DNA of 64,000 bases, from assembly GCA_964384845.1 (NCBI GenBank), contig CAYLLU010000001.1, positions 28,595-92,594 on the forward strand, read 5' to 3'. Of this stretch, positions 24,199 to 32,870 are shown piece by piece. Each line of letters starts with the position of its first letter. The stretch's first letter is position 1. This DNA is from an uncultured Dehalococcoidia bacterium. Lineage in GTDB: Bacteria > Chloroflexota > Dehalococcoidia > Lucifugimonadales > CAJWER01. Position numbers and translations under genes: made by a program. The notes below the pieces were generated by a model, which was not told where the DNA came from, searched no databases, and saw nothing but the letters and a program-made list of their open reading frames with translations.

Positions 24199-25392
24199 TT
24201 ACTCGTAGACCGTGCCATCAATGCGATGTGCGTTTATGAATTCCCAATCGTATAGGACACCTATGCCCGGGCCCTGGGGGGGATCTATACAGCCGTTTTC
24301 GTCTACAACATCGATGCCGTCGCGGTAGCCGTCGGCGTATATTGCGGGCTGGAAAGGACCTACCTTGGGGTGGAGCAGACCCATCTCATAGTAGTTTGTG
24401 TTTCGAATGGCAGACATGATGTGGCGGCGGACTGGCCCCGGACTGTGCAACTCTACGTCGAGTCCAAACCCCTCGGAGGCGTGGGCGATCTTCATACTGC
24501 CAGTAACTCCGCCATCGTAGTCGGGATCTATGCGCACAAAATCGGTAGCCTGCGCCTCGATGAAATCGACGTGAGACTCAAGACCGCGTAGATGTTCGAG
24601 TTGAAGTAGCGGCGTCTTGATAAGTTGCCTCAATTTACGGTGGGCGTGTGCAGAGATGCCGCCGTCCTTGAATGGGTCCTCAAGCCATAGATACCTCCAC
24701 TCATCGCATGCCCAGCCTAGCTTCAGAGCCTCAGCGAATGTACGTATGGCACAGAAGGGGTCCAGCATCAGGTCCATCTTGCCACCGACGCGCTTCCCAA
24801 CAGCGTGTACGACGGCAACCTGTTTTTCAATAGAGGCGTCCTGCCATCCGTGAATTTTGAAAGCAGGGTAGCCCAGATCCAAACACTGCTCGGCGAAGTC
24901 GGCGTAGGCCTCGGGGCTGTCCAGACCACCCTGTTCGTGGTCTCCTACATAAGTGCTGGCATAGCACGGTAACTTCCGGCTGGTACCACCCAACAACTCG
25001 TAGAGGGGTGCATCATAGAACTTGCCCGCCAGATCCCACAGGGCCATGTCAGCGACGCCAGTTCCCATTCTCGCATGCTGACGAGTGGCCTGTTTGGCAT
25101 CGTTGTAGAACCCCTCTCGATCCATAGCACTCCTACCGATAAGCGACGGGGCGAACATGGGGAAGGCTGAGTATTCGGTAGCACTGCCGCCTATGTACTC
25201 TCCTGTGATACCCGCATCGGTCTCAATTCGTACGCCGTTCGCTACGGTACGATGGATATTCCCTGGCTGGTAAATGGGTATGCCGATAGTGTGCTCGCGT
25301 CCGATGTCTTTGAGCTCATATTCGAACTGGAAGACCTCAATACGGCTGACACGTGGTGCGTTCTTCACGTTTGTTACTCCTATGGAGACCAT
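24199..25392 (-). CDS. enolase-superfamily enzyme (mandelate racemase / muconate lactonizing enzyme family, acid-sugar dehydratase-like)
   Basis: ADMALWDLAGK capping-domain motif and barrel acidic ligands (MLDPF..., WLEDP, ...). 397 aa. Confidence 0.75.
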   Translation of the reverse strand: MVSIGVTNVKNAPRVSRIEVFQFEYELKDIGREHTIGIPIYQPGNIHRTVANGVRIETDAGITGEYIGGSATEYSAFPMFAPSLIGRSAMDREGFYNDAKQATRQHARMGTGVADMALWDLAGKFYDAPLYELLGGTSRKLPCYASTYVGDHEQGGLDSPEAYADFAEQCLDLGYPAFKIHGWQDASIEKQVAVVHAVGKRVGGKMDLMLDPFCAIRTFAEALKLGWACDEWRYLWLEDPFKDGGISAHAHRKLRQLIKTPLLQLEHLRGLESHVDFIEAQATDFVRIDPDYDGGVTGSMKIAHASEGFGLDVELHSPGPVRRHIMSAIRNTNYYEMGLLHPKVGPFQPAIYADGYRDGIDVVDENGCIDPPQGPGIGVLYDWEFINAHRIDGTVYE

Positions 25393-25467
25393 CTCTTGTA
25401 TAAGAAGATCTGCAGACCCTTCCGACTTCCCTATCTAGGACAGTGGGCAGTAAACAATAATAGGTCT

Positions 25468-25486
25468 TCGGAGGTGCACCCTCCGA
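25468..25486 (-). terminator. candidate intrinsic terminator
   Basis: TCGGAGG-tgcac-CCTCCGA, a 7-bp GC-rich stem. It is followed on the minus strand by AGACCTATTATTGTTT. Confidence 0.4.
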
Positions 25487-25580
25487 CTCTCATCATAGGG
25501 GCTGGGTAACTATGCAGACCCCTCAAGATAAGAGGGTTTCTAGGTCGTGAATCCGGGTTTCTAGGGTTCAGACTAGCACC

Positions 25581-25603
25581 CAGGACCTGCCAACCAGGTC
25601 CTG
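25581..25603 (-). terminator. perfect 9-bp hairpin about 30 nt downstream of the Zn-ADH stop
   Basis: CAGGACCTG-ccaac-CAGGTCCTG. No clear U-tract. Confidence 0.35.
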
Positions 25604-25631
25604 TCAATTCTCTCGAAAAACGTTGGCTCGC

Positions 25632-26723
25632 CTAGGAAAACACCACGATGCCGCGTCCGTCTTCTCCACGAGCCAACGCATCAAAACCTTCATTAATCCT
25701 TTCGAGCGGGTAAGTGCGCGTGATAAGGCTCTCGACGTCAAGCAGGCCCTTGAGATAAAAATCGATCAACTTATCGAAAGTCTCGTGTGGACTAGCAGCG
25801 CCATAATAACTACTAAGTAGTGATTTTTGGTTCCGCAAGAAATCCACCATATCGATGGGTGCCGTATCGCCTACGGGCCCGAGGCCGATCATCACTGCAG
25901 TGCCAGCCTTACGAAGGGCCATGACTGAACTGTTCACGGTCTGTGCGCTGCCGAAGCTATCGAAAGTCATGTCCGCACCGCCGCCGGTCAGTTCCTTGAT
26001 GGCTTCAACAGGATCGACCTCGCGAGAGTTGACCACATCGGTAGCTCCAAACTTATAGGCAAACTCAAGCTTGTGATCAAAAATATCCACCGCGATAATC
26101 TTACTAGCGTTGAGCAGCCGAGCACCCTGTATGACACTGAGACCGACGCCGCCGCACCCAAACACCGCGACGGTCATGCCCGCGCGGGTGGCCGGAATGT
26201 TGATCACTGAACCTACACCGGTAGTGACACAGCATCCGATAAGTGCTGCAACCTGCATCGGCATTTCATCCGGCATGGGGTGGCAGGCCTGCTGGGGAGC
26301 AATAATGGACTCGGAAAACACACCTAGCTTGTTTTGCTGGTAGATCTCTTGATCTCCATCATGCAAACGCAGAGTCCCGTCGTACTGCTTCCCACCAGTC
26401 TCGGCATTGGTATCACAGAGTTGGGGACTGCCAGTACGGCATGATCTGCAATGGCCACAGTTTGAGATGAACGACAATATACAACGATCTCCAGGCTTCA
26501 CTCGGGTTACACCGGGCCCAACCTCAACGACCGTGCCCGCGCCCTCATGGCCAAGGACCACCGGTAGATCCAAGACCGCTGTCCCAGTCATCACATGGTG
26601 ATCACTTGCGCATATACCCGCCACACCCATTTCTACACGGACCTCCCCGGATTTGGGAGAATCCTGCCGCAGATCTTTTACCTGCAAGGGATCGTGCACT
26701 TTGTAAAGTATCGCAGCCTTCAA
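25632..26723 (-). CDS. zinc-dependent alcohol dehydrogenase (MDR family, class III-like)
   Basis: GICASDHH and GHEGAGTVVEVG. Structural-zinc cysteines CGHCRSCRTGSPQLC. GCGGVG NAD motif. Confidence 0.85.
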   Translation of the reverse strand: MKAAILYKVHDPLQVKDLRQDSPKSGEVRVEMGVAGICASDHHVMTGTAVLDLPVVLGHEGAGTVVEVGPGVTRVKPGDRCILSFISNCGHCRSCRTGSPQLCDTNAETGGKQYDGTLRLHDGDQEIYQQNKLGVFSESIIAPQQACHPMPDEMPMQVAALIGCCVTTGVGSVINIPATRAGMTVAVFGCGGVGLSVIQGARLLNASKIIAVDIFDHKLEFAYKFGATDVVNSREVDPVEAIKELTGGGADMTFDSFGSAQTVNSSVMALRKAGTAVMIGLGPVGDTAPIDMVDFLRNQKSLLSSYYGAASPHETFDKLIDFYLKGLLDVESLITRTYPLERINEGFDALARGEDGRGIVVFS

Positions 26724-27140
26724 GATGTTCCTCCGGTATCAGGTGAATTTGCTCGTGGCTTAGTAGTACCGTCCATTTTGTACTGCAAATCGACTAGCAG
26801 TGTGAAGTTAATATATTGACCGTGGATATCCACGTCAAGCAGAATAGATAATCAATTGGCCTCTCGATTGTTCTAAACAAATACACGGACCCCCAATAAG
26901 ACTGCAACCGGGAACGATGGGCCTTTTACAAGCTATACCATCACTGACTTGCGATAACAGAAAATCTAGAACCATACGCCCCTTCACAGTGTCTCCTATC
27001 AGGCCAGCACGACCATACCGAAGGTGTTGAAGGGAGACTTGTAAAGACGCGCGACAAGCACCTTGCACGCCTTTGAGGATCTACTGGCATATGGTAGTGT
27101 AACCAGGGGTACCAGTAGTTCCCAGGAGAAATCGCACAAT

Positions 27141-28385
27141 ATGTCCAAGTTGCAGTTATCTCTCTCAACCGCCTTTATTTTGCTCTTTACCCTCTCCCTT
27201 GGGACCGTGCTTGCCCAAGACACCAGCGGGGAGGGAGAGTTCAAGGGATCGGCGGTTATCCACGACGATGAGGCTCTGAGTGACGCGATTACGTTCACCA
27301 TGACCAACGTGCCCATGCTTAAGGATGGACTCGTGTACATAGGCTGGTTGGTCTCAGACGACCAGTCTAAATTACTGAAGACCGGTGCAATGTACCTGGA
27401 CGATGGCTCCATCAGCCATGAGTACGATAGTCTGACCCTGGGTTATACCGGCGAGAATCTGATTTACGGATACGATAGGCTCTTGATCACTGTGGAGAGC
27501 CTGGCAGGCGAGAACCTCTCGCCCTCAGGGGAGGTGGTCTTCTCCTATAGAGTGCCGCCAGACGTGATGGAGTACGGCCGACACCTCGTGACTGACTGGC
27601 CTCCAGGCTCCGGGACCGGCATATTAACGAAACTAATGTCCCAGATCAAATTGGCTCTCGCCAGCGCTCGCATTGCGGCAGACAAGACCTCCCTAGAGGA
27701 TGTCAAGCATCACATGGAGATTGCCGTCAACGCCATAGAGGGTCCCGGTGGCGATAATTATGGGGACTTGGACGGGGATGGCACTGTCGAGGATGAAGGT
27801 GATGGAATAGGAGTGATCGACCGCGTAAATCAGCGAAGAGAGACCGGCTTCACCCTCAGTCCTTCCTTAGTCGACACCTTTATCATGACTCACCTGGTCG
27901 GGCTAGAGATGGCTGGCTCGAATGTGGAGCAATTCGCATATGAGGCTGTTGACGAGGCACTTCTGGCCCTAGATGAACTCGTGTTGGACAAGGCCAAGGT
28001 CTCGGCAGCCGGCGTGGTCGGATTCATCGAAAATGCTCTGAATGGAGTGGACACCGATGCCAGCGATGTCATTGATTCGGTCGTGGGAGAGGGTGGCGCG
28101 GCACAGGCCTACGTCCAGGCCCAGATGATGGCCACATATTTACTGCGGGTGGGCCCGATCCCGACACCAACACCGACACCGACTATGACACCGATCCCGA
28201 CACCGATCCCGACACCGACACCCATTCCTCCAGCCCCAACACCCACATCTACGCCGACACCAGAAGCACCATCGGTCGGCGACCAGACCGTCCCGGCCGT
28301 GGGCCAACTCTTACTGCCAATTGCCTTGCTGTTGTTGGTCGGTGGAATAGCCCTACGCTGGCGTCGTGGCACGCAACCTCATTGA
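27141..28385 (+). CDS. secreted protein with Pro/Thr-rich stalk and C-terminal hydrophobic anchor plus basic tail
   Basis: Signal peptide MSKLQLSLSTAFILLFTLSLGTVLAQD (start ATG 27141, AGGAGA upstream). PTPTPTPTMTPIPTPIPTPTPIPPAPTPTSTPTP linker. C-terminus VPAVGQLLLPIALLLLVGGIALRWRRGTQPH. Confidence 0.7.
   Translation: MSKLQLSLSTAFILLFTLSLGTVLAQDTSGEGEFKGSAVIHDDEALSDAITFTMTNVPMLKDGLVYIGWLVSDDQSKLLKTGAMYLDDGSISHEYDSLTLGYTGENLIYGYDRLLITVESLAGENLSPSGEVVFSYRVPPDVMEYGRHLVTDWPPGSGTGILTKLMSQIKLALASARIAADKTSLEDVKHHMEIAVNAIEGPGGDNYGDLDGDGTVEDEGDGIGVIDRVNQRRETGFTLSPSLVDTFIMTHLVGLEMAGSNVEQFAYEAVDEALLALDELVLDKAKVSAAGVVGFIENALNGVDTDASDVIDSVVGEGGAAQAYVQAQMMATYLLRVGPIPTPTPTPTMTPIPTPIPTPTPIPPAPTPTSTPTPEAPSVGDQTVPAVGQLLLPIALLLLVGGIALRWRRGTQPH
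28155..28263 (+). repeat. imperfect tandem CCGACA/CCGATC repeats encoding the Pro-Thr/Pro-Ile linker
   Basis: ccgatcccgacaccaacaccgacaccgactatgacaccgatcccgacaccgatcccgacaccgacaccc..., visible directly in the sequence. Confidence 0.8.
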
Positions 28386-28437
28386 ATAAGTACCATCGGT
28401 AATAAGATAGGATGGAGACCCCAGAAGGCGAGACATA

Positions 28438-28614
28438 GTGCGAGCGCCAGATCACAAATTGTTTGAAGAGGACATAAGTCGTGGAAGTGTCTCCAGAACT
28501 GGGGAGCAAGAATCCAGCCCGATGTGCGAGTTGTGTGGCGGCACAGTAGTGCAACTCCACTGTAAGTTGAGGTGCCTCACCTGTGGATACTCTCGCGACT
28601 GCTCCGATCCCTAG
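28438..28614 (+). CDS. putative small zinc-ribbon protein (58 aa from GTG; 30 aa from ATG 28522)
   Basis: Below the ORF-track cutoff. C-terminus MCELCGGTVVQLHCKLRCLTCGYSRDCSDP carries CxxC...CxxC. Convergent with thyX. Confidence 0.3.
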   Translation: MRAPDHKLFEEDISRGSVSRTGEQESSPMCELCGGTVVQLHCKLRCLTCGYSRDCSDP

Positions 28615-28703
28615 GCCTACTTCGGAGGGGCTGATCAGCAACTAGCAATCCAACGCGATACTCTTGGAAATGGTTCAGTAATCTGGGAGACTGTTGTTGA
28701 GGA

Positions 28704-29504
28704 CTAAACCTTGGAAAATTGAGGCGTGGCAATCCTAGTTCCGTCGGGCAGATCTTCCACAGTAAAATCTCCAAAGAGTAGGGGCGCCTCCTCGTCTAGG
28801 ATTTCTAGTATCATCAGGGCGAGCTTGCGTATCTCCCAATCTGCGAAAGCTGCACCTCGCATTTGGATGAAATGCCGCCACGCCCTGACGTTTGCAGTGA
28901 CGAATATCTTCGTCTCGGTGGCATTAGGTAACACCGCCCTCGCTGCCTGCCGAATTGCTTTCCGTCGGTCTCTCCAGTCAGGAAAGATGTCCTTGGGCAG
29001 GACTTCTTCCAAGGCTATTACCAGTTTTTCGTAGCTCGCAGCGGCGGATTCCAACGCTTCCGTGAGGATAGACAACGCCTCTTCGGTACCCTCCCGTCCT
29101 TCAGCAAGGGCCGGTGGCAGAACAAATCGGCCTTCTGACTCATCGACGAATCGTTGTGAACGTTGGCTGTAGGCAAATCCTGCTCGGTGCCGTACCAATT
29201 CGTGAGTGAGTGCCCGCGACAACCCGGTTATGGCGAAGCCGTAGTTGACATGCTCGAACACGCTCCCATCGCCCTTGGCCAGAAGGTTCTCTATGAAGTC
29301 GGTGATATCCTTGCGGCCGCGCCCATAGCTCATATAGCAGAGCCGCGCGGAAATCTCCACTACTGCCGCGGACTCATCCTTCCCGGCCCGAATACTCTCG
29401 GGAATGGGCGGTACGCCCTCATCCTCCAAGAAGGTTGCAATGCCCTCCCAATCGACACTTGGGCGAGTCACAAGATAGACCTGAGGCTCAGAGATGGTGT
29501 TCAT
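28704..29504 (-). CDS. thyX: FAD-dependent thymidylate synthase
   Basis: ThyX signature THELVRHRAGFAYSQRSQRF (RHRxxS...R). Confidence 0.9.
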   Translation of the reverse strand: MNTISEPQVYLVTRPSVDWEGIATFLEDEGVPPIPESIRAGKDESAAVVEISARLCYMSYGRGRKDITDFIENLLAKGDGSVFEHVNYGFAITGLSRALTHELVRHRAGFAYSQRSQRFVDESEGRFVLPPALAEGREGTEEALSILTEALESAAASYEKLVIALEEVLPKDIFPDWRDRRKAIRQAARAVLPNATETKIFVTANVRAWRHFIQMRGAAFADWEIRKLALMILEILDEEAPLLFGDFTVEDLPDGTRIATPQFSKV

Positions 29505-29520
29505 GTGGACGACACGTTCG

Positions 29521-30828
29521 TCATACGAGGAGACTCATCGGATCTTCGAGCATCTTCTTTACAACCACTAGGAACTCGGCAGCCTCCGCACCGTCCGTTA
29601 CACGATGATCGGCAGATATGGTCGCGGTCATCATGTTGGCGATCTTTATCTCACCTGCCTCCACGACGGGCCTTAGGGCCACCGTCCCCACCGCGAGCAT
29701 AGCGGATTGTGGCGGCTGGATGATAGCGATGAAGCTGGTAACATCATACATACCTAGGTTGCTAACGGCAAAGGTGCCCCCAGTATACTCCTGAGGGAGC
29801 AGCGTACCTTTCGTAGCTCGATCGATCAGATCTTTACTGGCCCTCGCTATGTCGGCTAGACTCATGGCTCCGCTGTCCATGATTGCTGGAAGAATGAGAC
29901 CCTGCTCTCCGGCAATAGCGATGCCGATGTTGATCCCCGTGTTCATCTGAATCCCATCTTCGGTATAGTAGGAGTTAAGGTTCGGGAAACCCTTCAACGA
30001 CTCGGCACAAGCTCTGATTATCATGTCGTTGACACTGACCCGCACCCCCTCACTTTCGAGGGTCGCATTGATCTGCTTACGCAGGTCTGTTGCCGTGGTC
30101 ATGTCGATTTCGGCCGATACGTAGAAGTGGGGCGCTTCGCGTTTGCTCCTCGCCGTTACACGCGCGATCTGCTGGCGTACCCGGGACATTGGTACCAGCT
30201 CTCCCGTAGATAGATCGGACGCTGCTACGGGCTGCGACTCGACGGCAGCAGGGACCGACTCCGACGCTGCGGATGAAGGTTCAGCCTGGACGGACTCTGG
30301 TTTGACTGCCGGCTCCTCGACCGCAGGCACGTCGCCGGGATCGAAGGCGAGCACATCATTCTTGAGCACTCGGCCACCAGGGCCGGTGCCATGGATCTGG
30401 CGCAGATCGATACCGCGCTCTTCGGCCAGTCTTCGGGCAACGGGTGATCCCCGCAGAGTCTGACCCTCAGATGCGTCAGGCTCTGCCGTGGCAGAAGGCG
30501 GTGGCAGCGCGATGGCCGACTCCTCGGCTGGAGCCTCCGTTCCAGAGGCAGGCTCTGGATCAGACGCTGGTGCCAAGTCCGCGGTCTCAAGCTCGGAGAT
30601 GTCCTCGTCGGCCTCACCCACGACGGCAATTGCCTGACCAACTGGCACGGTGACACCTTCAGGGACGAGGATCTTGCGCAGCAGGCCCGACGAGGTGGAC
30701 TCGAACTCGACAACGGCCTTATCGGTCTCGATCTCAGCAAGAGCGTCGCCGATGGCGACCTCAGATCCCTCTGTCCTGAGCCATCGAACTACGGTGCCTT
30801 CCAACATGTCGTAGCCCATCTGAGGCAT
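29521..30828 (-). CDS. 2-oxoacid dehydrogenase complex E2 (dihydrolipoamide acyltransferase)
   Basis: Lipoyl domain with EIETDKAVVEFES, an Ala/Pro/Glu/Ser linker, an E3-binding domain (SPVARRLAEERGIDL) and catalytic SADHRVTDG. Start set at MPQMGYDM (ATG 30828). Confidence 0.85.
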   Translation of the reverse strand: MPQMGYDMLEGTVVRWLRTEGSEVAIGDALAEIETDKAVVEFESTSSGLLRKILVPEGVTVPVGQAIAVVGEADEDISELETADLAPASDPEPASGTEAPAEESAIALPPPSATAEPDASEGQTLRGSPVARRLAEERGIDLRQIHGTGPGGRVLKNDVLAFDPGDVPAVEEPAVKPESVQAEPSSAASESVPAAVESQPVAASDLSTGELVPMSRVRQQIARVTARSKREAPHFYVSAEIDMTTATDLRKQINATLESEGVRVSVNDMIIRACAESLKGFPNLNSYYTEDGIQMNTGINIGIAIAGEQGLILPAIMDSGAMSLADIARASKDLIDRATKGTLLPQEYTGGTFAVSNLGMYDVTSFIAIIQPPQSAMLAVGTVALRPVVEAGEIKIANMMTATISADHRVTDGAEAAEFLVVVKKMLEDPMSLLV

Positions 30829-30896
30829 GTTAAGTTGTATAGCCAGGATGCACCCCCTCAATCTACTCTAATCATAATGCCAAGCGCCAGTATCGA

Positions 30897-31874
30897 CTAT
30901 ATTCCGTAGATTTTCTCAACCATGGTAACGATACGGGCCGCATCCGGTAGCGCCAATGCTTCCAACGTCCCGTTGTACGGCGCTGGCACCTCTATGCCCG
31001 CTACCCTGCCTATAGGACCGTCCAGTTCGTCAAAGACACTTTCCTGGATATCGCTGACAATCTGTGCCCCAAATCCGCCGCTCCGCCATGTTTCATCTAC
31101 GACGACAACACGGTTGGTCTTTTGGATCGACGTGAGCACGGTTGCTATGTCCAGGGGGCGGAGAGTGCGGAGATCTATAACCTCGGCTTCCACTCCCTTT
31201 TTTTCCAAAATATCGGCCGCTTCAAGGGCCACGTGCACCATGCGAGAGTAGGCCACCAGGGTCACGTCGTCGCCGGCCCGTTTGATCTTTGCCTGAGCAA
31301 AGGGTATCGCATAGGTTTCTTCGGGGACCTCTCCACGTATCTGGTACAAACGCGAGTGCTCAGCAAAGATCACCGGATCCTCGTCGGCAATAGCTGTTTT
31401 CAGTAGACCCAAAGCGTCGTAGGGATCAGACGGAACCACTACCTTGAGTCCCGGCACCGATGCGAACCACCCTTCGAGGCTCTGGGAGTGGGTGGCTCCC
31501 AATTGTGAGCCACCGCCAGTCACGGTCCTGATGACCATAGGCACTGAGATCTGGCCGTTTGACATGTATCGCAACTTCGCCGCATGGTTCACAACCATGT
31601 CCATGGCCAGCAGCAGGAAATTGATCGTCATGATCTCTACGACGGGCCTTAAACCCGCCATAGCCGCCCCAATGGCTGTTCCAACGACAACAGCTTCCGA
31701 TATGGGAGTGTCTTTGATACGTTCCTCACCGTAGGTCTCCAGGAACCCTCTGGTAACGGCGTAGGGCCCCTGGTAGCTACCGATGTCCTCTCCCATGAGG
31801 AAGACCCGGCCGTCTGCTTCCAGTGCCTCTTTCAGGCCTCTGGTAACAGCTTCTCTAAGGGTTATTTCACTCAT
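30897..31874 (-). CDS. 2-oxoacid dehydrogenase E1 component beta subunit
   Basis: ITLREAVTRGLKEALEADGRVFLMGEDIG... transketolase-like pyrimidine-binding and C-terminal domains. 325 aa. Confidence 0.85.
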   Translation of the reverse strand: MSEITLREAVTRGLKEALEADGRVFLMGEDIGSYQGPYAVTRGFLETYGEERIKDTPISEAVVVGTAIGAAMAGLRPVVEIMTINFLLLAMDMVVNHAAKLRYMSNGQISVPMVIRTVTGGGSQLGATHSQSLEGWFASVPGLKVVVPSDPYDALGLLKTAIADEDPVIFAEHSRLYQIRGEVPEETYAIPFAQAKIKRAGDDVTLVAYSRMVHVALEAADILEKKGVEAEVIDLRTLRPLDIATVLTSIQKTNRVVVVDETWRSGGFGAQIVSDIQESVFDELDGPIGRVAGIEVPAPYNGTLEALALPDAARIVTMVEKIYGI

Positions 31875-31904
31875 CGATTGACCTACTCTTGGGCATAAAA
31901 GCCA

Positions 31905-32867
31905 TCAGGCATACACATTCTCGTACAAGGCCTCGGGCCCCGGCTCTTCACCACTCTCTCCAAAGGCGACGGCCTCCGCAACTAGTGAGTCGACACGATC
32001 GGCGATTCGGGTAACCTGACTGTCATCAATGAGATTCTCCAAGAGGGCGGCCTCTCGAAAGGTGTTGATGGGGTCACGGATTCGCCATTCATCGATCTCG
32101 TCATCATCCCGGTATGCCTGAGGGTCTTGTAACGAGTGGCCTACAAATCTGTAGGTCATGGCCTCAAGAAACACAGGCCCCTCGCCCGCGCGTACGCGAA
32201 GCAATGCCTCGGTGATCGAATCACGCACACCGACGACATCCATGCCATCGATCTGCGCCGCGGGGATCTTATACCCATCGGCGGCTAGATAGATGTCTTT
32301 GCCCGCGGCCCTGGTTTTGTCGATATGGGTCCCCATTCCGTATAGGTTATTCTCGAGCAAGAATACCACCGGCAACTTCCAGAGCGACGCGAGATTAAGT
32401 GTCTCATGAAATGCACCCTCGTTCACGGCGCCGTCCCCGAAAATGCAGAGGACGGCGCGGTCTTCGGCCCTGTACTTGATGGCCAGCGCTAGGCCAGCCG
32501 CCAGAGGCATCTGACTGCCTACGATAGCGTGGCCTCCCATGAATCCCTTGGAGAGGTCAAAGAGATGCATAGAACCGCCCTTGCCGCCGCTGGTCCCCGC
32601 GGACTTCCCCATCAGTTCCGCCATGATCATTTTGGGGTCCAATCCACGGGCCAGTGCGTGACCGTGATCACGATAGTGGGTGATGATGTAGTCGTCGTCC
32701 CGTAGTGAGGATATCGCCCCGACCGCGATGGCTTCCTCACCGATGTAGAGGTGCAAGAAGCCATGGATTTTCCCTTGCATATACAGCCGGCCACACTGCT
32801 CCTCGAAGCGGCGGATGAGCAGCATCTTTTCGTACAGTTGTACAACCTGGTCTTTGTCTAGGTCCAC
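31905..32867 (-). CDS. 2-oxoacid dehydrogenase E1 component alpha subunit (TPP-dependent)
   Basis: TPP motif region GDGAVNEGAFHETLNLASLWKLPVVFLLENNLYGMGT. 320 aa. Confidence 0.85.
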   Translation of the reverse strand: MDLDKDQVVQLYEKMLLIRRFEEQCGRLYMQGKIHGFLHLYIGEEAIAVGAISSLRDDDYIITHYRDHGHALARGLDPKMIMAELMGKSAGTSGGKGGSMHLFDLSKGFMGGHAIVGSQMPLAAGLALAIKYRAEDRAVLCIFGDGAVNEGAFHETLNLASLWKLPVVFLLENNLYGMGTHIDKTRAAGKDIYLAADGYKIPAAQIDGMDVVGVRDSITEALLRVRAGEGPVFLEAMTYRFVGHSLQDPQAYRDDDEIDEWRIRDPINTFREAALLENLIDDSQVTRIADRVDSLVAEAVAFGESGEEPGPEALYENVYA

Positions 32868-32870
32868 TGT

